Shown one piece after another: positions 1 through 12,569 of a DNA stretch of 64,000 nt; the first letter of the stretch is position 1, and each line of letters begins with the position of its first letter. This DNA is from Octopus vulgaris. Its lineage: Eukaryota. Where the stretch lies: assembly GCA_951406725.2 (NCBI GenBank), contig OX597827.1, forward strand, positions 48,856,001 through 48,920,000, read 5' to 3'. The notes beneath the pieces are model-generated. The model ran no database searches. It saw only the letters and a list, made by a program, of their open reading frames with translations, and had not been told where the DNA came from. Position numbers and translations under genes: made by a program.

Positions 1-1053
1 GTTTTAGAAAGTTGACCATGCATATGAATGAATAGGACCACAGGCACTGCGTTTTTGATATTAAAACTGTAAACAACGTTATGCTCATATGTTTTATAAA
101 CATATTTTTGGCATCGTTCTGAAAATAGACCCTCTGGGTATACGGTGGTGCTCTTAACCAAAAATATCGATTATACGCCTTGTACAGTACTCCTGCTAGT
201 TGAAAGACTTATGCTCTATATTATAGGAAAATTGCATTTACTTGAACGTTTTCCAGAATATGTTAGCTGTAAAATAATATTGTGCGTTTATATTTGTTTA
301 GATATACTTAAATATAAAAAGGCTTTTTCTGTAATGAACGTCAATCCCTGGACCAATGAAAATATTATTTTTATCCATTTTTCTATTGGAAATCAGGGAT
401 GAATGATATTTAATGAAAGTGAACATACTTGGCACGATACACGAATACACACGCGCATACATTGACAGAGGCAAAGGTGTTCATGACCATACGCAAAAAC
501 AAGCACATACATATATTAAACATACCCATACACACATATATATACATACTACATATGTACGTATATGTACATGGGTGTGCGTGTGCATGTATATATGTGT
601 GTGTGTGTTTGTGGTGAGAATAATAAGGGTAGAAAATTTAGAAAAATGTTCATACTCTTGGTTAGCATGCGTAATAAAAGTCAATAGACAACATATTTTC
701 ATATATAGTAGTGTACAAACAATTTATGTATTTATACCCGAAAGAGCGGACCTTTAACAGGACACCTTACATGCTAGAAGAAAGGACAGTTAAAGCCCAA
801 ACCAGGAATAAGAGCAATTTTAAAGGGAATGAAAATATAAAGTATTTTTGTAGTGTTTGAATAAAAGAATTTGAAAACTCAAATTCTGACTTAAAAAGAA
901 AATTAAAATTAGAATTTACAATCATTTTCTACACATTGGAAACTTTAAAGAACGCTTCCTTATAGTGAACGTTACATATTCCAAACTAATTATTAAGCAC
1001 CTTTTCTGCTATAAAACAGGTGAAAACCTTTACGTTATATATGTATGTTATAT

Positions 1054-1307
1054 GTGGAGGCGCGTGGCTTAGTGGTTATGATGTCAGCATCATGATCGTA
1101 AGATTGTGGTTTCGATTCCTGGACCAGGCAACGCGTTGTGTTCTTGAGCAAAACACTTCATTTCATGTTGATTCAGTTCACTCAGCTGGCAAAAATGAGT
1201 AACGCTGCGATTTGACTGGCGTCCCATCCAGCTGGGGAGCATATACACCATTGAAACCGTGAAACCGGGCCCATGAGCCTGGCTAGGCTTTAAAAGGGCG
1301 CATTTAT
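1054..1307 (+). mobile_element. tRNA-derived SINE (head A with CORE-like segment + tail X)
   Basis: A-box tggcttagtgg, B-box ggtttcgattcc, CORE-like gtgttcttgagcaaaacactt, tail gactggcgtcccatccagctgggg...gggcccatgagcctggctaggc shared with the next element. Confidence 0.85.
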
Positions 1308-1310
1308 CTA

Positions 1311-1619
1311 GGGAAGCGCAATGGCCCAGTGGTTAGGGCAGTGGACTCGCGGTCGGAGGATCGCGGTTTCGATTCCTTGACCGGTCGTTGTGCGTGTTTA
1401 TTGATCGAAGATACCTAAAAGCTCCACGAGGGTCCAGCAAGGGTGGTGGCGTTCCCCGTTTTACTCTTTCGCCACAACTTTCTCTCACTCTCTTTTTCCG
1501 TTTCTTGAGTGACGCTGCGATGGACTGGCGTTCCGTCCAGCTGGGGGGAACACATACGCCACAGAAACCGGGAAACCGGGCCCATGAGCCTGGCTAGGCT
1601 TGAAAAGGGCTACGTTTAT
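1311..1619 (+). mobile_element. tRNA-derived SINE (head B + tail X)
   Basis: tggcccagtggttagggcag...ggtttcgattcc head, also seen at 25469 and (minus) 23694 and 44124; 3' tail matches 1200-1300. Confidence 0.85.
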
Positions 1620-2011
1620 CGTTTTATGTATGTAATATGCGTGCGTATCAATACGTCTTTGATGTCAATACGTCTTTGCTTTTCTATTTAGAAATGTGAT
1701 ATTATCACTTTGTTTTAAAAATTAATAAAATTAGCCATTAGGTTGATTTTGACTGATAATTCCTCATAAAAATTTATCCGCCGAATTTCATATATTTCTT
1801 CCTGTAATGGTATGGTGACGTACCTCATGTTAGATCCTTTTACTATGATGTAGAAGTCTATAAAAAACTAACTCTATTAATTTTCTTCCTTCTTTTAATC
1901 AACAGTAAATCCATTTGGCATAAATGTGATGTTTCCACTCATAATTCTACGTGACATTTGCCAAGTTTACCAGAAAACCTCAAAGATACTGAATAGTATC
2001 ATATGAATGAG

Positions 2012-2063
<52 letters not shown>

Positions 2064-2068
2064 TGTAT

Positions 2069-2102
<34 letters not shown>

Positions 2103-2175
2103 ACATATATGTATGTGTTTCATATGTGTAATATATTTATATATTACATATATATACATATGTGTGTGTATATAC

Positions 2176-2226
<51 letters not shown>

Positions 2227-2353
2227 TATTAATATATATATATATATGTGTGTGTATACGTCTGTGTGTGTGTAATACATTTATACAATGAATACTATAT
2301 ATATATATATGTATAGTGCATACGCATATATATTTTTATACACACACACACAC

Positions 2354-2406
<53 letters not shown>

Positions 2407-3099
2407 GCATGCCAATTTTCTTGAATAACAGCAAGAGTTTATTTGCCAAAATTAGATGACTGCTCAGCTTTCCGAGAGAGAAAAAAAAAAGAAACAGGGG
2501 AAAAAAATGAAGTTCCTAAGTTGAGTTCTATGAAATTATGATTAATCAGTTATGACTGAATCACGACTAGCTAATATGGAAAATATTTGATCGAATCGAG
2601 TTGCTACCGTACATGACTGACGCATCATTAATCATATATCATTCCGTGCTAGTTCATAGAAAATTGCCTGGAAACCAACAAAAGGAAACCAATGGTCACT
2701 CATTTCAACACACGGTCACACACCCAGACACACACATACATACATACATACATACATACATAGAAACATACATACATACATACATACATACATACGTACG
2801 TACTCATCTGCACACACACACACATACACACGCATTCTGTTATTGACTGCGTGTTCTGTGGTCCGTATGTGGTCAGCAGGCATCTCAAAATTATAAATAT
2901 AGTTTAAGTGTGTAAATATTTACAAAGAGGTTTTCGCATTTCTTTTTTTTATCTTGTCTTGGTTTATCATTTTTCTTTTTCTTTCTAAATTTCCATATTT
3001 AATTGTACATTAATGTACTGGATAACATTGTTTCTTTTAATTTCCTTTTTTCTTTTTGTTAACACTGTCTTTTGTCTCTCTATACTGATATTTCTCTCT

Positions 3100-3135
3100 C
3101 AAATCATTGTCACCACAACCACCACCCCCACCCCC

Positions 3136-3206
<71 letters not shown>

Positions 3207-3230
3207 TATAGTTGTTTTTGTTGTTGTTGT
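3100..3230. repeat. (CAC)n/(CAT)n/(GTT)n trinucleotide microsatellite, probable LINE tail
   Basis: Directly visible; abuts the 3' end of the minus-strand LINE fragment. Confidence 0.9.
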
Positions 3231-4112
3231 TTTTCTTCTCAGAGTCTTGTTTGCTCTGTTTTCTTTTTTATTCCGTGAGAGCGGACAGCAGCCTGTTGCG
3301 AGAGGTCTCACAGAGTCTCTTTACGCACCATATAAGTTTTGATACTTGGTTGTTGATTATCGTGGAAGACATCCAACAACAAAGTAACTATCTCAAAACC
3401 CTAGCTGTCCACAGAAGAGCAGGTTTTTTTAACTTTCTCTGCTCTCATATCAATTCCGATTTTTCAGATAGATTTCTCGAAATTGGTTGTTAGTGCTCTG
3501 AGTTCTCCTACAACTACTGGAATGACAGACACTCTCCTCATAGTCCACATTCTTGCAATTTCGTCTTTTAGGAGTCAGAGCTATTCAATCTTTTCTAGTT
3601 CTTCGTCACTTATGCGTGAATCTCCAGGTATTGCAATATCCATGATCTTGGTTTCCTTTTTTCCTATACAATATCTCGTCTCCGAGTATCTCTTAGGGAG
3701 TCACATTCGATTGTAAAATCCCACAATATCTTATGTTCACTGTTCTCAGTAACTCCTTCTGGTTCAGGTTCGTACCATTTCCCTGCTCTGTTAAGGCCGT
3801 ACTTTTCATAAAATCTCAAGTGGACAAACTTAGCCACGTTATCGTGCCTTCTTTTATAGTGCTTTTGGGCCAGCTTGCTACACTCACTCACAATATGTGA
3901 GAGTGATTCGTTTCTGCTGTCACAAATCCTACGAAGGGGCGATTCGCCAGTCCTGTCTATTTGGAACTTGGTGTAATTAGTTCTCAGAAATTGTTCCTGG
4001 GCGCTCTATATCAAATGTCTCAGTGCATCCTTTCAGATTACCTTTTGGTCAGATTGTTATGCTGGTCTTGTCTTTTCTTTCAATTTCTCTGAAGTATCGT
4101 CCATGCACTGAT
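3230..4112 (-). mobile_element. R4/Dong-like non-LTR retrotransposon 3' fragment (zinc knuckle + restriction-like endonuclease), degraded
   Basis: Minus-strand translation includes RICDSRNESLSHIVSEC, RRHDNVAK, KILWDF, RRRDIV, DIAIPGD and VIPVVVG, with stops and frameshifts. Confidence 0.85.
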
Positions 4113-4676
4113 TAGAAACTTACGAACGACTGGCAAAGTGCTTAGCGTCATTTCTTCAGACTTTACATTCTGATTTCAAATCAGAAGTTGACTAATTCTT
4201 TTTATCTCTCCGCAGTCGATGAAAAGAGTACCAGAATAGTACTGGGGTCAATATATTCAACTACATCCCTGGCCCAAAATTTAAGGAGTTGTATCTATAT
4301 TAGATCGAATTTTTTTCTAATATAGGCTTCTTTGTGAAACAAACTGCTCTCTTTTCAAGTTTTCTTAAAATAAAGTTTCGGTGAGCTGGCATAATTATTA
4401 ACACTTGGAAAAATGCTTAGCAACATTCCCTCCGTCCTTATGTTCTGAGTTCAAATACCACTGTGACCAAAACAGTCAGTGTCATTTGAGCACTGTGGTC
4501 GAAGTAATCGACTAGCAGTTGGTGGTGTTTCTTTCCGTTTTACGTCAAACACCCCCAAGGACGACCGACCCTGGTTTTACTTTTATATTCTCTCCCATTC
4601 CTGCCTTCCATCCTATATTTCACTCTTTGTTACTCTCTCTCTCTCTTTCTCTTCCTCTCTATCCTTCATTATTTTT

Positions 4677-4711
<35 letters not shown>

Positions 4712-4984
4712 CACACACACACACATAACATAACATGTTGTGTTATATTATATTAGAGGAAAAATATAATATATGCCTGCTAACTGAGAAGCCTAATATG
4801 GATGCCTAGCTCCAGCATGAGTTGTGAACAAGGAACGAAACGGACGACTACTTATAGCACTTACTCAGCGTACCTATTCGTTTAGATCACCACTGAACTA
4901 ACACCCCTCATATTCTACACAGACAAACTCACTCACAACACACACACACATACTCACACACATACACACACACACACACATATA

Positions 4985-5325
4985 TATACAAAAATTAAAA
5001 GAAAATGGAGATTTACGATTGACATATTTTAAATATAATTTATCTACATGATATTATATTACAATAAATTTGATACAATTTATATTTCTATTCATATTAT
5101 GTTTTATTATATTTATTTTAATATAATATTATTTTGATGAATTATATATAAAATATTTCAATCGTAAATCTCCTTATTCATTTAATTTTTGTATATTGAA
5201 TATATTCACTTTTGGGTTGTGAAAAGTTTTTCCCTACCATATTGGATATTTACTGAAAAACCAGAGGGAAATTAGATGTTTTCCATCCCTATAAAGGACA
5301 CTGTCTTTCCTTGCATTGAATATAT
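4985..5325. repeat. Asymmetric inverted-repeat element (PLE-terminus-like)
   Basis: ~60 bp imperfect inverted arms at ~4985-5045 and ~5136-5195 (ggagatttacgattga / tcaatcgtaaatctcc), extra tail on the right, microsatellite flanks. Confidence 0.7.
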
Positions 5326-5383
5326 ATATAGCTTACGCTCTCTCTCCCTTTATGTCTCTCTGTGTCTCCCCATCTCTATCCTA

Positions 5384-5419
<36 letters not shown>

Positions 5420-6383
5420 CTTTTTCACCTACACTTTCTCTCTCTTTTATCTTCCCTTTCATCTACTCTGTCTATCAACATCTCGTTTTACCACTTCACA
5501 TTGTGTCATTCTTCGTTTCTAGCTCCGTTAATCACTCGTGAAAAACAAAGTTGTAAACTCTATGGAAAAATATATTTTAAAGTACATTCTATAACAAAAA
5601 AAAACTCGAAAATAAGTTACAATTTTAACATTGAAACGGCTTGACTGACCAATAGAAATTAATTTTAATATTTTGCGACGTGTTGAAGAAAGAAAAGGAA
5701 TCGGTAAATAACAACTGAAAAAAATATTAAAACGAAATAAAATGGTTTATCCTTGTTATTTGAAGGAAAAATCGGTTATGCAAAATAAAATATCATTTAT
5801 ATTACCCCAATTTTTTGAAGTTTTGATAAGCCTTCCATTATATTGAAAAAAAAGAATTCAATTGAAATGTTAACTTATTCTCCCATATTTGTGTTTGTGT
5901 ATATGTTCGCGCCTACTATATGACAAAGTCGAGATTTACGGTATATACATTTTGACTACTGAGAAATGAGAAAAGGTGAAGAGCTGGAATCATAGTAACA
6001 CAACTATATAAAATATTTGAATGTGTTTGTTTTGTTTCGTCTCTGATTCGCTGTTTAAAACATACAATTCAAAAAGAATTTAGAAAATATGAAACATTAC
6101 AAGTGGGGAGAATGAAAAAAGAATTAAAAAAAATTTTTTCTGGTTATTTGCGCTGTTTTATTCGCAGAAATCTGAAGGTATTTTCGGTTTAGTTTGTTAC
6201 AACAGGTATACCTGTTCGGAAACGCTGTCTCTTCTACGTCAATATAGCTACGTAATTTAAAAGGTCCATTTTCAGTGGTCATGTCTCATTGTAGATGTAG
6301 TAGGGTTAATAAAGTTATAAAGCAGTGAACAGTCTGGACGTTCGAATTTCACAGGCTATATTACAGCATTTTCGGTTTTCTTC

Positions 6384-6418
<35 letters not shown>

Positions 6419-8183
6419 CCTGTCTGTCTGGCAGTCTGGCAGTCTGGCAGTCTGGCAGTCTGTCTGTCTGGTGGTCTATGTGCGCGCGCGTGTGTGTGTA
6501 TAATTAGAATAATTTCAGGTATACTTGTGACTGGATGATTTCTGGCATGATTTGCATTAATGTCACATTATAATAGGAATTAATATTTAATTTGTTCCAT
6601 TAAAACATAGGAGAGAGATCACTACACCTCGCATCCTCTGTGTATGTATATGTGTGTGCCTGTTTGTTCTTCTCTGTGTGTGTTTCTCCCTGTAATTTTT
6701 TTTTATAATTACAAAATACTATCGATTAGCCAATAAAGGTTTTTTAATGTCAGAAACATAGAGTAACCATGTCAGATATCAATACAAGCCTATAGCCAGA
6801 CAGTTCTGAGATAGGTGAAATGACAAACTCAAAACGGTACTCTATATCTCTCGAAAACGACGTCTGAAAATGGCTGCACTCCACGACTGGAAAGAGAATC
6901 AACGATATAAGGTATCGGAAAATGCTTTACACAATCCACTCTCCTTAGTTCTGTCTACACGAGTAAACCACGCGTGTATACCCGGAAAAAAATTATAATT
7001 GCAGCATGAGCGTAATGTGAACACTTGCCTTTTGGATTCTCTGTCCACTAATTATGACGATATACTTACTTCTATTCGAAATATAACATATGGTATAACC
7101 ATTAATTATTCCAAAATTCTACGTAAATATACATATATATCTAATATATCTTTATAGTCTTTATCCGAAATACAATGGGGATTTAGATCTAAACTCAGCG
7201 TGTTAATGGCTGTGAACCAGGTGTGATGTACTAATAACTCTGCAATCAACCACATTTAAATCGAGTGACATTGTTTTAAAGAAGCAGCTAGGCTCTTTCA
7301 TAATTTTACATTCAAGTTGAATAAATATTTCTCTGACACTTAACTATACTAATTACATAACTGACTGCTTAGTTTAAAACCCATCTGCATGACTTCTCCG
7401 ATATCTGAATAGATGAAAATCCTCGAACTGGCAGCTGGTTTTTCAGTTCTCCATTGACACATGATTAAGTGATTCACGCCAATACAAATTATACTAAGCC
7501 ATTAACCGCTGCATAAACAGCGTGGTGTTTATACCATTAAATTTGAAAGACATTTTGATATTTCACTTATAAATGGCTATTTAAAACATGAATAATAAGT
7601 CTTTCAAACTTGTTAATTCACACAAGAACAAAAGATACGTCAATCTTACCTCTCTTTTCATAAAATTACAAAACTATATCTATACATATTTCCTAAACAT
7701 TTTATATCGTAGTGTACAACATCACGCTGATTACAAAGGAGAGGAATCTCATCTAAATAGGATAGAAACGATATCAGCATTCAGGTGGTGATAACACACT
7801 ATGTCATGTGCTTATGAAAAGTATGTTTAAAGATATATATATATATATATAAAGATATATATATATATATATATTCAAAGTGGCTAGTTGCAATTTAAAA
7901 CCAAAAGTACAACCCAAAAGTTCAAACAACGTTAAGGGTAGCTAAGGGTGCAATTACGCACCAGTTTTGCTAGAAATAAGAGTTAAAACTACTCTTACTC
8001 ACGACCGGAACGTTTTCTGTTAAAAAACACTTAGCCCTCGACTGACAAGGGGAACAAGCATCCTTAGCAAGCGATGGGTCTATATCACTTTCACTGACGT
8101 TTGTACTTTGCGACTATCCACTTAAATAATATATAATTATCACTTTACAGTTTTACTGAGTAAGCAAATGACTCGGATGACAT

Positions 8184-8219
<36 letters not shown>

Positions 8220-8234
8220 AGTGTAACATCTAAT

Positions 8235-8611
8235 ATAGGATCAAATTTTTCGAAAAAAATTCATCAATGGCCAGCATATTAAAAAATACCTTTAAAGGTT
8301 AAATTGATAAACAACTTATAAACAAGGGCGAAAGAAAAAATGTCTAATGCCAAATATGCCGAAAATAGACACATTGTCCATAACCATATAATTCATCACT
8401 ATAAGCACGCGTCTCCAAGAGAAGGTTCTCATGAGTAGTTAACTCTGAAATCGGGTCTGATATGATAATAACGGAATTTTTTTAGAAATTTCTGTCGGCT
8501 TTCTTCGAGACGCGTGCTTATAGTGATGAATTATATGATTATGAACGATGTGTCTAGTTTCGGCATATCTGGCATTAGAATTTTTTTATTTTGCCATTGT
8601 TTATAAAGTGA

Positions 8612-8612
<1 letters not shown>
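8235..8612. repeat. Asymmetric inverted-repeat element (PLE-terminus-like)
   Basis: ~110 bp inverted arms at ~8315-8428 and ~8498-8610; left extension (catcaatggccagcat...aaaggt) resembles 15544-15585. Confidence 0.75.
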
Positions 8613-8678
<66 letters not shown>

Positions 8679-8683
<5 letters not shown>

Positions 8684-8925
8684 GTAAAAAGTGAAAAAAC
8701 TACAGAAGGCTTGTTTTAGAAGGTTAAAAAATATATATTTGAGTCATTATGTCTGAAGAATGTTATAAATTTTTTTCATACAATGACATAGATTTGAAGA
8801 AAGACCGGTTTCGCGTCCAGCTTTTCAAATTTCTTACATCTAAAACAAGCCTTCTGTAGTTTTTTCACTTTTTACTATTTTCTACATATTCAACCACGTG
8901 CTTTCACACACCAACTTTCTCACCT
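8679..8925. repeat. Inverted-repeat element with degenerate hammerhead-like motif, flanked by (TA)n
   Basis: 42 bp inverted arms 8679-8720 / 8839-8880; minus strand 8797-8835 reads aagaaa t TTGAAAA gc tggac gc GAAA ccgg TC tttctt; second copy of its terminus at 18396-18460 in reverse. Confidence 0.7.
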
Positions 8926-9335
8926 ATATATATATATATATATATATATACATTCATGTACACATGTATGCACGTATAATTGCATATAGCCAGATGTATA
9001 GGTATATCAGAATGATTTTATAAAAAGTTATACATAGAAATAATTTAAACTTATGCTGAAAGATCGCCCTATACACTTCAGTTGTGTACACATGTATTAA
9101 ACTTTTACTAAGGTTGACAGTGACTTTGAAGTTTCGGCTTGTTCGCCACTGTTAGGCAGTCTCAGGAAGGTAAGTTCAAACTTTCGCTGTTAAGCTTTTC
9201 CTTGAAAACGTTTAAAATATGTATGCTTAGTCACCCTTATATAGATAGATAGATAGATTTATACATATAGTTGCTTGTAGAAATATATATATATATATAT
9301 ATACACAAACACACACGCCCACGTATATACACATA

Positions 9336-9380
<45 letters not shown>

Positions 9381-9381
9381 C

Positions 9382-9424
<43 letters not shown>

Positions 9425-9425
<1 letters not shown>

Positions 9426-9568
9426 GTGCAGGAGTGGGTATATGGTAAGAAGCTTGCTTCCCAACCACATGCGTAGCACCTTGGGTCGGTATCTTTTACT
9501 ATAGCCTCGGACCTACCAAAGCCTTGTGAGTGGATTTGGTAGATGTACACTGAAGGAAGCGCGTCGTC

Positions 9569-9570
<2 letters not shown>
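9425..9570 (+). mobile_element. SINE family C, 5' half
   Basis: ggagtgggtatatggtaagaagcttgcttcccaaccacatg...ccaaagccttgtgagtggatttggtaga; homologous to 20575, 22988 and 30018. Confidence 0.8.
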
Positions 9571-9607
<37 letters not shown>

Positions 9608-9622
9608 ATGTATATATATAAA

Positions 9623-11036
9623 TGTAAGGTCATCCCATAAGTTCTGTCCGAATTTTGAATAAAGAAAGTAATTGATCAGATATTATAATTAATTGAAATT
9701 TAATCATCAATGTTGTTGTTTGTTCCTTCTCGAGTCACGCCTGGCTCATAAGAGCCGGTCTGAGATTCGAAGCCGCGATCCCTCGACCGCGAGTCCGCTG
9801 CTCTAACCACAAGGCCGTGTGCCCTACAATCATCAATGTACTTTCCCTGATTATCTCTGACTTCCTTCCATTTATTTACAATCATTTTAATCCCATCAAT
9901 TTAAACTCTTTTGGTTTCAATGCGAAGAACTCGAAAATGTCAGTTCAGCCTCCTCCTGGCTTGCGAAAGTTATGTCTCCCAAATGATTCTGTAAACTACG
10001 AAACAATTGGTAGTCTGAAGGCGCAAAGTCGGAAGAATAAGGTGGATGAGGAATGTTTTCCCAACCAAGCTTTTCGATCTTCTATGATATGATCTTTGCA
10101 GTGTTGGAGCGCTCATTGTCCTGAGGAAACATTACTCCTATTCGATTCACTAAAGTGGGTCTTTTTTTCTTCGAAGCTTGGTTCAAACGCTCTAATTACT
10201 GACAGTAGACTTGAGCATCGATTGTTGCATTAGGTGGTAACAATTCAAAGTGAATTACTCCTTTGCAATCCCACCAGATAAAGAGAATAATCTTTTTCAC
10301 ATGAAGTTTCCTTCTCGGTTGTGGTTGAGCTTTTTCCCTTTTACCAAGCCACTTTACGACGTTTAACGTTTCGATAGCAGATTCATTTTCGTCACCAGTC
10401 ACATGTTTATCCAAAAAGGGTGAAATGAGTTCGCGAGAATGGAGAGAAGAGCAGATATTAACTCGAGATTTGCGGTTGCTTTCGGACAATTCATGAGGCA
10501 CCCATTTTCCAAGATTAGGAATCTTTCCAAGTTCTTGAAGATGACGATGAATAGTTGTATGGTTTGAACTAAGCTTTATTGCCAATTCTTCAACTGATAA
10601 TGCAGGATTTTCTTCAAGTAATGCCTCAAGGAGATTATCTTCAAAACTAAACTGGACGTCCTGTTCAATCTTCATCTTCAAGGCTGAAATCTCCACCTCT
10701 GAATTTTGCAAACCATCTTCTGAAAGTTCTTTCATTTAAACATTATTTCCCATAAACTGAGTGTATGTTTTGAGTTGCTTCGGCAGCAGAGTTTCCTTTT
10801 TTGTACACATAAAGCATTATGTGCCTCAAATGCTCTTTGGATACTTCCATATTAGAAAGTCTTTTAATCAAAGAAATTTTAATTGTATTATTCTGTAAAA
10901 TAATATTTAATTCGTTTAAATGTACAAAAATGCATAAAAATAATTTTTAATTCCATTAGCCATTCTGAAATACTATTAAATCTCATTCAATTTTAAAAAA
11001 GGTAAAATCGGTCAGAACTTATGGGATGACCTGATA
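9623..11036 (-). mobile_element. Mariner (Tc1/mariner) DNA transposon with pseudogenised transposase (~10850 to 9700)
   Basis: TIRs aggtcatcccataagttctg / cagaacttatgggatgacct; translation includes MEVSKEHLRHIMLY, WVPHEL, VTGDE, WWDCKGVIHFELL and WKEVRDNQGKYIDD; frameshifts and stops. Confidence 0.92.
9714..9827 (-). mobile_element. Very short head-B SINE inserted in the mariner 3' end
   Basis: tRNA-like head joined directly to an X-like terminus and (AAC)n tail; 12 bp TSD aatcatcaatgt at 9702-9713 and 9828-9839. Confidence 0.85.
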
Positions 11037-11352
11037 TATATATATATACATATATGGTTATCAGTAATAATATAGGGTGAAATTAATTAATTTGGAATAA
11101 TCATTAATTTCACCAAGTAGATTTCGGCATGTAAAAGCCTCATTCGAGGAAAGTTTAAGTAATACTAAGTAATTAAGTGTTTAGCAACGATTTGCCCCAC
11201 CACACACCGAAATTTAGAAATAGCAGTCAAAGAGTTATAGCTATTCTTTCTACTAAAAGGGAGATCTCAGTAAAACCACAGCACTTGAAAGGCAAACACA
11301 GACAGGCAAGAGAGGAAGAAATGACGGCAATCTATCATACAATTTTAAGTCA

Positions 11353-11443
11353 CCTACGGACGTACGTTTCGAAATTAAGTTTTAGGAAAGCATAAGAATT
11401 ATATAATTATGTCTTACCCAACTTCTTTTCTCATCAGCGTAGG
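11353..11443 (-). ncRNA. Type I hammerhead ribozyme motif (inverted copy)
   Basis: Reverse complement: cctacg CTGATGA [long stem II] GAAA cgtacg TC cgtagg. Confidence 0.85.
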
Positions 11444-11504
11444 ACACTACAATTATGAATAATCGAAATTTAATTTAATATACAATTATTCATAATTGTA
11501 GTGT

Positions 11505-11596
11505 CCTACGCTGATGAGAAAAAGAAGTTGGGTAAGACATAATTATATAATTCTTATGCTTTCCTAAAACTTAATTTCGAAACGTACGTCCGTAGG
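11505..11596 (+). ncRNA. Type I hammerhead ribozyme motif
   Basis: Stem I cctacg/cgtagg, core CTGATGA (11511-17) and GAAA (11579-82), palindromic stem III ACGTACGT, GUC cleavage triplet ending at 11590. Confidence 0.88.
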
Positions 11597-12094
11597 TGAC
11601 TTAAAATTGTATGATAGATTGCCGTCATTTCTTCCTCTCTTGCCTGTCTGTGTTTGCCTTTCAAGTGCTGTGGTTTTACTGAGATCTCCTTTTTAGTAGA
11701 AAGAATAGCTATAACTCTTTGACTGCTATTTCTAAATTTCGGTGTGTGGTGGGGCAAATCGTTGCTAAACACTTAATTACTTAGTATTACTTAAACTTTC
11801 CTCGAATGAGGCTTTTACATGCCGAAATCTACTTGGTGAAATTAATGATTATTCCAAATTAATTAATTTCACCCTATATTATTACTGATAACCATATTTC
11901 ATCCCAGTAAATGACCACAACATCTTGTCTTGGCTACACGCTGGTGGGAAGGGGTTGGTGACACAAACTTTCATTCACATTTTGAATTTGGTGATACTGG
12001 TAACGGCTTTAGCTCGCTCTGATACTGAGTTGAGATGATGCCTTCTAGTACCTCGAAATTTAATTTAATATACAATTATTCATAATTGTAGTGT

Positions 12095-12185
12095 CCTACG
12101 CTGACGAGAAAAGAAGTTGGGTAAGACATAATTATATAATTCTTATGCTTTCCTAAAACTTAATTTCGAAACGTACGTCCGTAGG
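12095..12185 (+). ncRNA. Type I hammerhead ribozyme motif
   Basis: Same fold with CTGACGA core (change at the variable N7 position); GUC ends at 12179. Confidence 0.88.
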
Positions 12186-12373
12186 TGACTTAAAATTGTA
12201 TGATAGATTGCCGTCATTTCTTCCTCTCTTGCCTGTCTGTGTTTGCCTTTCTAGTGCTGTGGTTTTACTGAGATCTCCCTTTTAGTAGAAAGAATAGCTA
12301 TAACTCTTTGACTGCTATTTCTAAATTTCGGTGTGTGGTGAGGCAAATCGTTGCTAAACCCTTAATTACTTAG

Positions 12374-12426
<53 letters not shown>

Positions 12427-12569
12427 GTATATATACATAAATATAAATGTATGTATGTATGCATGTATGCATGCATGTATGTATGTATGTATGTATGTAT
12501 GTATGTATGTATGTATGTATGTATGTATGTATGTATGTATGTATGTATGTATGAGTGTATGTACATGTA

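Larger units (their letters stand above)
11052..12376. mobile_element. Non-coding PLE/retrozyme-like element: inverted copy + 1.5 tandem units, three hammerheads
   Basis: Inverted arm 11052-11463 vs 11485-11897; direct repeat starting 11463 and 12053 (period 590); copies differ by only a few nt; TA-rich microsatellite on both sides. Confidence 0.85.

Noticed and set aside
1054-1140. tRNA-like sequences with A and B boxes (here and at other SINE heads)
   Set aside because: They continue into SINE bodies and lack a clean cloverleaf or terminator; not called as tRNA genes.
6165-6235. ctgaagg...gaaacgctgtc hammerhead-like string
   Set aside because: Core mismatch and no convincing stem I pairing.
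6295-6310. agggttaa resembling a piggyBac end
   Set aside because: No partner TIR or transposase remnant found.
8395-8445. Minus-strand ctcatgag...gagacgcgtg resembling a hammerhead
   Set aside because: Both core boxes and the cleavage triplet deviate; cannot be supported, although its position in a fold-back element is suggestive.
11177-11772. Two near-identical 72-aa ORFs on opposite strands
   Set aside because: A by-product of the inverted repeat; GTG start, antisense to the hammerhead strand, no recognisable domain.
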